Below are positions 58,518 to 64,000 of a DNA stretch of 64,000 nt, piece by piece. A program made the translations under genes and the position numbers. The notes below the pieces were generated by a model that searched no databases, was not told the DNA's origin, and saw only the letters and a list, made by a program, of their open reading frames with translations. Where the stretch lies: IMG/VR virus record IMGVR_UViG_3300044878_000087, positions 66,432-130,431 of that record; one strand, given 5' to 3'. Source of the DNA: a virus (Duplodnaviria > Heunggongvirae > Uroviricota > Caudoviricetes). The number at the start of each line of letters is the position of its first letter. The first letter of the stretch is position 1.

Positions 58518-59042
58518 ATGAGTACGTTTACTCGCTTTACAGCAAAAGAACAACTGACATTCGATGCGGAAGCTAGCCGAATCCTAGGCAAGAAGTATTA
58601 TCGCGTTGTTCCAGGATTCCGTTATTACATCGGAAAAGAGGATTCCGACAAGTACATTGACATCCCTACTGGGTTCCTGACCGACGGTGCCTCAGTACCA
58701 CTCTTGTTCCAATGGCTGATCCCTACACTGGGTGAATACTCCCAAGCCACTACATTGCATGACTACCTCTGTGATCATTATGAAATTACCCAGGTAATCA
58801 ATGGTGTACCTACACAGGTAAAGATCGACCGAGCAGAAGTGGACCGCATCTTCTATGAAGCTATGCGGGTATTGGAAGTCGCTGCTTGGAGACGTAATGT
58901 TATCCAAGTCGGAGTCGATGCTTACCGTTTCTATAAACGACCAACTAAACCGGTCGGCAATCCCCGGAAAACGGAGCTAGAGAATGAACCCAATCGTCAA
59001 AGCGATCGGCCTACCAGTCGTACAACTGCTACAACAGTTTAA
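58518..59042 (+). CDS. DUF1353-like protein
   Basis: IPTGFLTDGASVP...ATTLHDYLC...DRIFYEAM; SD AAGGAG. Confidence 0.8.
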   Translation: MSTFTRFTAKEQLTFDAEASRILGKKYYRVVPGFRYYIGKEDSDKYIDIPTGFLTDGASVPLLFQWLIPTLGEYSQATTLHDYLCDHYEITQVINGVPTQVKIDRAEVDRIFYEAMRVLEVAAWRRNVIQVGVDAYRFYKRPTKPVGNPRKTELENEPNRQSDRPTSRTTATTV

Positions 59043-59166
59043 AGTAACCCCACTCACTAATGCCCCAGGTAACGAGATGATTCGTTTTGGCGTAGGTCGT
59101 AATGGCTATCGCGCATTCGCTCGTGTAGATGTGTGGAACAAAGGCTTTCGAGTGACAAAGCGATGA
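58984..59166 (+). CDS. small hypothetical protein
   Basis: 60 aa, upstream GGAG, ATGA-coupled to the next gene. Confidence 0.5.
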   Translation: MNPIVKAIGLPVVQLLQQFKVTPLTNAPGNEMIRFGVGRNGYRAFARVDVWNKGFRVTKR

Positions 59167-59630
59167 GTGAAGTATTCTTAGGTGGCACTTGTGCAGGACC
59201 AGATTATCGGGCGTTACTAATCCCATTGTTAAAGGTCCCTTACTTCAACCCAGTTGTTGCAGATTGGAAACCAGAAGATGCAGCTCGTGAAGATCGAGCT
59301 AAAGAAGAAGCATCAGCTAATGTCTTCGTTATTACACCAGCAGCTATCGGGATGTATTCGGTAGCGGAACTCACAGAACTGGCCATCGAATCAGAGAAGC
59401 CTTTATTTGTGATGTTCCTGGAAGTAGAAGGCTTTACATGGAACGAACATCAGATCAAATCGAACACACAGATCAAGAAGCTCTTGGGTAAATACAATGC
59501 CCTGGTATTCGAAGACCTGAACCACATGGCTAACACCATTAACTACGTGGTCAGCAAAGAAGTTGGTATCCGTACCAATGGCGTCGATGGTCAAGACGGC
59601 CAGGATGGTACCAATGAGGTAGTCATCTAA
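59163..59630 (+). CDS. nucleoside 2-deoxyribosyltransferase-like (Rossmannoid) protein
   Basis: VFLGGTC...YR, YFNPVV.DW, FVITP..IGMYSVAE typical of NDT-like families; start moved to MSEVFLGG. Confidence 0.75.
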   Translation: MSEVFLGGTCAGPDYRALLIPLLKVPYFNPVVADWKPEDAAREDRAKEEASANVFVITPAAIGMYSVAELTELAIESEKPLFVMFLEVEGFTWNEHQIKSNTQIKKLLGKYNALVFEDLNHMANTINYVVSKEVGIRTNGVDGQDGQDGTNEVVI

Positions 59631-59734
59631 CTAAGTAGTTGATTTGTATACAACTATATGTGGTTGGGTCAGCGCAATAGTGCAGCCCAATCACAGCTGT
59701 CTTTGCCCTTTTTTATTTTGTCTAAAGGTGATGT

Positions 59735-60403
59735 ATGTTCTTATACCACTACTCGGCAGATCCACGTGCGCAGATCATGAGTAAGGCTGCTTCGGGTGTT
59801 ATGACACCAGCACAGTTGGCCGATGAACGAGCCAGAGCAAAAGAGAAGCCTTGGTTTTCACGAGTGTATTCTGAACACATTTCTTTTTTCTTTGAGCCAA
59901 TCCCAGCAACACTGCTTCCTACCATATTCCCTAAAGATCATCCAGCCTGGGCTAAAGGGAATACGCTATATGAGCACATAGTCGATCTATCTACATTGCC
60001 AGTAGTGTTTGACTATGATGTAGTGGAGTCAACAAAGTTTCTTGCCCTCTTCGATAGATTTTCTATTGAGAATAATTGGGTAGATGACAATCCAGACCTG
60101 CTGAAGAAATGGATGATTCTAGAGGATCAGATGTTACGTAAGTGGGGCGAACGCGGCAATCAGTTATCTGTGCTGAAAACCAAAGTAGCTGAGAACCAAG
60201 GAATAATTGCGGCTAAGTATATAGCTCTTTCAAAGAGAGACGATTTCGAATATAATCGTTACAAATACGCTGCATGTGTTCCACACCTAATGTCATACCC
60301 ACCGAAGGGAATAGTTATTCCTCAAGCAATCAATCGAATAATTATGGGCAGTGATGTAAGAACGCCGGTAAAGTTCCCTGCACTAAAACCAGTGTGGATG
60401 TAA
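59735..60403 (+). CDS. conserved jumbo-phage hypothetical protein
   Basis: 222 aa; LYHYS, YSEHISFFFEPIP, YAACVPHLMSYP. Confidence 0.75.
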   Translation: MFLYHYSADPRAQIMSKAASGVMTPAQLADERARAKEKPWFSRVYSEHISFFFEPIPATLLPTIFPKDHPAWAKGNTLYEHIVDLSTLPVVFDYDVVESTKFLALFDRFSIENNWVDDNPDLLKKWMILEDQMLRKWGERGNQLSVLKTKVAENQGIIAAKYIALSKRDDFEYNRYKYAACVPHLMSYPPKGIVIPQAINRIIMGSDVRTPVKFPALKPVWM

Positions 60404-60505
60404 AATAATACTTTGTATGTAATAGTATACGAGAGCAGTTGTCGCAAGTACCAAGCCTCCTAACCGAGCGCATGGAAAACCGATGATCGTTCTCAATGCT
60501 TGATG

Positions 60506-60582
60506 GTGAATGTAGTTCAGTTGGTTAGAATATCCGGATGTGACCCGGATGGTCAGGGGTTCGAGCCCCCTCATTCACACCA
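60506..60582 (+). tRNA. tRNA-His(GTG)
   Basis: Acceptor GTGAATG/CATTCAC, anticodon stem TCCGG/CCGGA with GTG, GGTTCGAG T-arm, encoded CCA; G at -1 (60505). Confidence 0.92.
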
Positions 60583-60602
60583 TTTCTTTTCTTGGAGTGT
60601 CT

Positions 60603-60761
60603 ATGAAAGTCAAGATCAAACAACGTCCATTGGATAACTTTGGTCCAGCAGATTGTCGCTGTTGCAGCAGACTCAGTTGGAAGAACTTGAAGCTTGATAA
60701 GCAAGTACTCAAAGAAGCCGTAAACGATGCGAACTACGCAATCGAACGTCAAGTAGCATAA
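60603..60761 (+). CDS. 52-aa Cys-containing peptide inside the tRNA cluster
   Basis: SD GGAG; MKVKIKQRPLDNFGPADCRCCSRLSW... Confidence 0.55.
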   Translation: MKVKIKQRPLDNFGPADCRCCSRLSWKNLKLDKQVLKEAVNDANYAIERQVA

Positions 60762-60794
60762 CGCAGCCATAGTTCAGTTGGTTAGAATGCTGCG
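60762..60794 (+). pseudogene. tRNA 5'-half remnant
   Basis: GCAGCCATAGTTCAGTTGGTTAGAAT shares its D-arm with tRNA-His; no anticodon or T-arm follows. Confidence 0.55.
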
Positions 60795-60803
60795 TGATTT
60801 ACT

Positions 60804-60887
60804 GGGTTGTTAGGGGAGTGGCCAAACCCATCGGACTGTAACTCCGCGTCTACGACTACCGTGGTTCGAATCCACGCCAACCCACCA
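60804..60887 (+). tRNA. tRNA-Tyr(GTA)
   Basis: GGGTTG/CAACCC acceptor, CT-GTA-AC loop, variable arm GTC-TAC-GAC, GGTTCGAATCC, CCA; T-C mismatches at 7:66 and 27:43. Confidence 0.88.
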
Positions 60888-60892
60888 TTTAC

Positions 60893-60975
60893 GCCCAGGC
60901 TTAGCTTAAAAGGCAAAGCGCTTGAGATCCGGTGCGATCACAAGAGACATGCTGGTTCGACTCCGAGCCCTGGGC
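60893..60975 (+). ncRNA. tRNA-like RNA with expanded anticodon arm and no encoded CCA
   Basis: Acceptor GCCCAGG/CCTGGGC, D-arm, GGTTCGACTCC T-loop, but a 16-nt anticodon-position loop. Confidence 0.65.
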
Positions 60976-60977
60976 TG

Positions 60978-61087
60978 CTCAACAGAAGGCACTTAGGTGC
61001 AGAACTAAAACGAGGCGCCGGTACGCGCCTACCTAGATGACGAACGACCTGACGCGCAGGGTAATCAGCTACTAGGGAACTGTTGAG
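60978..61087 (+). ncRNA. candidate 110-nt multibranch RNA
   Basis: Closing stem CTCAACAG/CTGTTGAG enclosing GCAC/GTGC, GGCGC/GCGCC, CCTAG/CTAGG and CCTG/CAGG stems. Confidence 0.55.
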
Positions 61088-61097
61088 GTAAAGATCA

Positions 61098-61173
61098 CAG
61101 AGTGTAGTTCAGTTGGTAGAATGCATGGTTTGGGACCATGTGGTCGGAGGTTCGAAGCCTCCCACTCTGACCA
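61098..61173 (+). tRNA. tRNA-Pro(TGG)
   Basis: CAGAGTG/CACTCTG, CATGG-TT-TGG-GA-CCATG, GGAGG-TTCGAAG-CCTCC, A73, CCA. Confidence 0.95.
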
Positions 61174-61255
61174 TTTCAAAGTGAATTGTGTACAATAGTA
61201 TACGAATACTAGTTTCAATTGGTAAGTACCCGAGTTGGTAGCTTACAAGATACAT

Positions 61256-61340
61256 TCCGGGATGCGCCGAATTGGTAAGGCACACGGCTGTTAACCGTGC
61301 GACATCGTCACTACTGGTTCGAACCCAGTTCCCGGAGCCA
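61256..61340 (+). tRNA. tRNA-Asn(GTT) with long variable arm
   Basis: TCCGGGA/TCCCGGA, CACGG-CT-GTT-AA-CCGTG, 13-nt variable region CGACATCGTCACT, G73, CCA. Confidence 0.9.
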
Positions 61341-61350
61341 ACTTAATAAA

Positions 61351-61377
61351 GGAGGTCGAAAGATCTCCTTTATGCCG
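61351..61377 (+). terminator. terminator after the tRNA cluster
   Basis: GGAGGTC GAAA GATCTCC TTTATGCCG. Confidence 0.8.
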
Positions 61378-61392
61378 TAATAGGAATTTACA

Positions 61393-61809
61393 ATGCAGAA
61401 AGAATGTAAAGTCCACGGAACGGTAACATATAGATCTTTCCGTGCAGGTAATCAAATTAAATGGCGGTGCATGAAGTGCATGTCCATGGCCATAAGTGAT
61501 AGACGAAGGAAATTAAAAGTCTTATCGATTGACTATAAAGGTGGAGCATGTAACGATTGTGGCTATAGTTCCAACCCAAGCGCACTTGAATTCCATCATG
61601 CTGATCCCAATGAAAAAGAATTTGGTATTAGTACATCGGGTGGGACAAAGTCATTCGATCGAATCAAAGTAGAATTAGACAAATGTCTATTACTCTGTGC
61701 GAACTGCCACAGAGAAGAACACGATCGTATTGAAGCCGGGCTATACGTCATTAGTCCAATGAACCAAGAACGATTTGATATGTTCTACATCAACGCAATT
61801 AATTCATAA
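61393..61809 (+). CDS. HNH endonuclease
   Basis: CKVHG..CMKC N-terminal Zn site; CNDCG..ALEFHHADP..ELDKCLLLCANCHREEH. Confidence 0.9.
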   Translation: MQKECKVHGTVTYRSFRAGNQIKWRCMKCMSMAISDRRRKLKVLSIDYKGGACNDCGYSSNPSALEFHHADPNEKEFGISTSGGTKSFDRIKVELDKCLLLCANCHREEHDRIEAGLYVISPMNQERFDMFYINAINS

Positions 61810-61822
61810 AGAGGAATATTCA

Positions 61823-62077
61823 ATGGTACCTTGTTGCGAAAGAACTGAACGGCAATACCTAGATAAAGAAGGCAATGTAAAGCCAGAATGGATCGAAGCT
61901 AACTACACGAAAGACGCAGTGGTTAGTATAGAAGAAGAACGAGACACAGACTGGGGCAAATACGTCTTTGAGAAAAGAGGATTCTATCCAGTAAATACAA
62001 TCGTAACTGTACTAGGTACGCCACTTAAGTTGTGTACTTGCGCGTGTCATAACGAAGGTTCAATGGTGATGCACTAA
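61823..62077 (+). CDS. small Cys-rich protein
   Basis: SD GAGGA; MVPCC...LCTCACH; TAATG-coupled to the peptide array. Confidence 0.6.
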   Translation: MVPCCERTERQYLDKEGNVKPEWIEANYTKDAVVSIEEERDTDWGKYVFEKRGFYPVNTIVTVLGTPLKLCTCACHNEGSMVMH

Positions 62078-62259
62078 TGATGTCACCTGATTTGATTGAG
62101 CGTATGGCTGATCGGATAGCATCAGCGATGGGCATGACACCAGATGAGTTCCAACAATATCAGAAACAACACATGACTGATTTGAATGACCGTTTGGAAA
62201 AACAGCTGGAAGCACAGAGAATGACTCCAGAGATCCTAGAGAAGAGGTGCACGCTATGA
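62077..62259 (+). CDS. array peptide 1 (60 aa)
   Basis: Ends LEAQRMTPEILEKRCTL. Confidence 0.75.
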   Translation: MMSPDLIERMADRIASAMGMTPDEFQQYQKQHMTDLNDRLEKQLEAQRMTPEILEKRCTL

Positions 62260-62426
62260 CAAAAGACAGAGAACCGACTTGCTGGAAAATCATGGGTTAC
62301 AGTTCTCATGAAGAATTCCTTCGTAAAGCAAGGGCACGTACATTTGTAATGACCCGTATCCTGAGGGCACAGATGAAAGCCCAGGAAGTTACTCCTGAAC
62401 TATTAGCTAGACGGTGTACGATATGA
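62256..62426 (+). CDS. array peptide 2 (56 aa)
   Basis: Hand-translated MTKDREPTCWKIMGYSSHEEFLRKARARTFVMTRILRAQMKAQEVTPELLARRCTI; ATGA overlap. Confidence 0.75.
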   Translation: MTKDREPTCWKIMGYSSHEEFLRKARARTFVMTRILRAQMKAQEVTPELLARRCTI

Positions 62427-62503
62427 GAAACTCAGCTTACGAAGAAGCAAAGCTTTATGGCTTTAAAGGAACCTTTGAAGATTGGTTAAGGGCATTGTTA
62501 TGA
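62423..62503 (+). CDS. 26-aa SAYE-motif peptide
   Basis: MRNSAYEEAKLYGFKGTFEDWLRALL; ATGA overlaps at both ends. Confidence 0.65.
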   Translation: MRNSAYEEAKLYGFKGTFEDWLRALL

Positions 62504-62670
62504 CAATAGAGCGACTATGTAAAGCCGCACTAGCTAAGATGGGTCCTAATAAGAAAGCCCGTCTTGCCGCTCACCACAAACGTTCCATTGAATTCAATAA
62601 GCGTGCAGCAGAAGACTTTGAAAGCCAGAAGCTTACTGACGAACTATTAGCCCGCAGGTGCACGTTATGA
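62500..62670 (+). CDS. array peptide 3 (56 aa)
   Basis: Start moved to MTIERL; ends FESQKLTDELLARRCTL. Confidence 0.75.
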   Translation: MTIERLCKAALAKMGPNKKARLAAHHKRSIEFNKRAAEDFESQKLTDELLARRCTL

Positions 62671-62834
62671 CACTGGAACAATTGATCGAAGATGCACGTA
62701 ACCGTCATGGTACCCATGAACAAAGCCTTGCGGTAGCCAGGGAACGGATGCGTCAGACTAATGAACGACTATCGCGAGAGTGGCGTGCACAAGAGGTTAC
62801 AGAAGAACTTCTGAATAAAGTAATATCATTGTAA
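62667..62834 (+). CDS. array peptide 4 (55 aa)
   Basis: Hand-translated MTLEQLIEDARNRHGTHEQSLAVARERMRQTNERLSREWRAQEVTEELLNKVISL. Confidence 0.75.
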   Translation: MTLEQLIEDARNRHGTHEQSLAVARERMRQTNERLSREWRAQEVTEELLNKVISL

Positions 62835-62913
62835 GCAGACAGATCAGCCAAAACATGTTACCCAATACTATAGTTTCTTAAAAGAAAATAATATTAATTT
62901 TTGGGTAACGACC

Positions 62914-63786
62914 ATGTTTGAAATGCTATTACCAACTAGTGCAGGGATGCAAACATTTCCAGATTCTGGGCCAGGACCACAAACACTTACCCTAGGAAAT
63001 TCAACACTCGGTTATTTTGGATCGATTCCGAGTAGTGCACTGTTCACACGTACGCAACTTCAAGACGCTATTGGATTAGCGGGTATCACAGCTGTAAATG
63101 AAAGCCCACAATGGGTTAAATGGGTAATGAACGATAAAGTCTTTTTTACCCCGCTTGGTGTTTTAGCTACTGATGTTAGTTGGCAAGAACTTTATAATGC
63201 CGGTGCTGTATATGGAGATAGTACTTTAGGTAAATACCCAAATGGTCCAGGGGTAAACCAAAGTGCTGGCGTAAGTAAAAACGGTACCATGTTTAGAGTT
63301 CGTTTATTTCAAGGCAGTCTTAGCGATCCAGTTGATCCGACCGGTGCCAACGCATTGGCTGGAGCTGAGTGGCAGCAGTATTTTGGTGCGTTTAGTCTGA
63401 CCCCACCTAGTGGGTACACTGGACCACAATTTAAATTGTTTTCCAACGCAGCCCTTGCGGGTACTTCCTATTGCTGGACAAAAAATACCTGGTCTGGTGG
63501 AGACGCTAGTTCATCGGCGGTTATTCTAGCCGCTGCCGGCGTAAACAACTCACCAAAAACATCAAAAGGTACCCAGGCATGGTTACCTATACTCGAAGTA
63601 GATACGTCTGGCACCTTACTGCTCCCTACAGTAAATATCTACTCGTTTAATAAACCAAACGTGCAACGAGGCGTATTAACTAGCCTCAGTACAACTGGCC
63701 TTTACTTAACTGCAATTAAGAGTAGCTCTATTACTGCAACCAAAGTAAAAGCGTTGACTAGCATTTCTGCCGCGGTAATACCGTAA
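62914..63786 (+). CDS. tail/baseplate-associated virion protein of a jumbo-phage paralog family
   Basis: PDSGPGPQTLTLGNSTLGYFG, WVKW...KVFF, SWQELYNAGAVYG, WLPILE segments typical of phiKZ-like tail paralogs. Confidence 0.65.
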   Translation: MFEMLLPTSAGMQTFPDSGPGPQTLTLGNSTLGYFGSIPSSALFTRTQLQDAIGLAGITAVNESPQWVKWVMNDKVFFTPLGVLATDVSWQELYNAGAVYGDSTLGKYPNGPGVNQSAGVSKNGTMFRVRLFQGSLSDPVDPTGANALAGAEWQQYFGAFSLTPPSGYTGPQFKLFSNAALAGTSYCWTKNTWSGGDASSSAVILAAAGVNNSPKTSKGTQAWLPILEVDTSGTLLLPTVNIYSFNKPNVQRGVLTSLSTTGLYLTAIKSSSITATKVKALTSISAAVIP

Positions 63787-63798
63787 GGAATCACCTAG

Positions 63799-64000
63799 AT
63801 GAAATTAACATTAAAATGGACGGATTACAATATCGTCCCACATACCACATCGATTTATCGTAGCAACACGCTTCCTACGGGTAACCCTACCGATGAACCT
63901 ATAGTGGTATTATCCAACGGTGAGACCACTTGGGACGACACTACTGTTACTTTTGGGAACGTGTATTACTACACCTTTAAAATTAGTAACGGTAACGATA
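63799..64000 (+). CDS. virion protein with Ig/Fn3-like N-terminal domain, truncated by window edge
   Basis: Upstream AAGGA; MKLTLKWTDYN...IYRS...WDDTTVTFGNVYYY. Confidence 0.65.
   Translation, partial: MKLTLKWTDYNIVPHTTSIYRSNTLPTGNPTDEPIVVLSNGETTWDDTTVTFGNVYYYTFKISNGND

Noticed and set aside
59575-59615. Collagen-like G-x-D repeat
   Set aside because: Only three or four triplets at a C-terminus; too short to call a domain.
60383-61040. ORF-track ORFs overlapping the tRNA genes (60383-60574, 60525-60770, 60807-61040)
   Set aside because: Incidental frames across structured RNA genes.
1-64000. Stop-codon reassignment, inteins or group I introns
   Set aside because: Core genes (RNAP, polB, TerL, NrdA/B) are full length under the standard code with TAA and TGA used as stops; no intein or intron signatures noticed.

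Overview
A 64-kb segment of a nucleus-forming jumbo phage of the phiKZ/201phi2-1 type (Chimalliviridae; a Pseudomonas-type host is inferred). Left to right it carries: the conserved phage-nucleus/transcription block (partial gp68-like nvRNAP subunit, ChmC-like protein, SbcD/Mre11 nuclease, nvRNAP beta-prime subunit with NADFDGD, chimallin ChmA); the family-B DNA polymerase subunit; many small hypothetical genes; PhuZ tubulin; tail tube, tail sheath, three structural genes and the large terminase; DHFR and class Ia RNR (nrdA, nrdB); a multi-domain head-type protein; a tRNA cluster; an HNH gene; an array of tiny coupled ORFs; and the start of a tail-associated module. The strongest unexpected signal is an in-phase G_GGA_AAG slippery site just before the stop of the head-type gene. 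A -1 shift there fuses it to a fourth homologous domain, which suggests a programmed frameshift. Other candidates: four translationally coupled ~55-aa paralogous peptides sharing a C-terminal motif, a tRNA-like RNA with an expanded anticodon arm followed by a 110-nt multibranch RNA, a tRNA-Asn with a long variable arm, a stand-alone small-RNA candidate, and a structured RNA 3' of chmA. phiKZ gp-number equivalences come from recalled sequence features and synteny, not from database searches. RNA structures were paired by eye.
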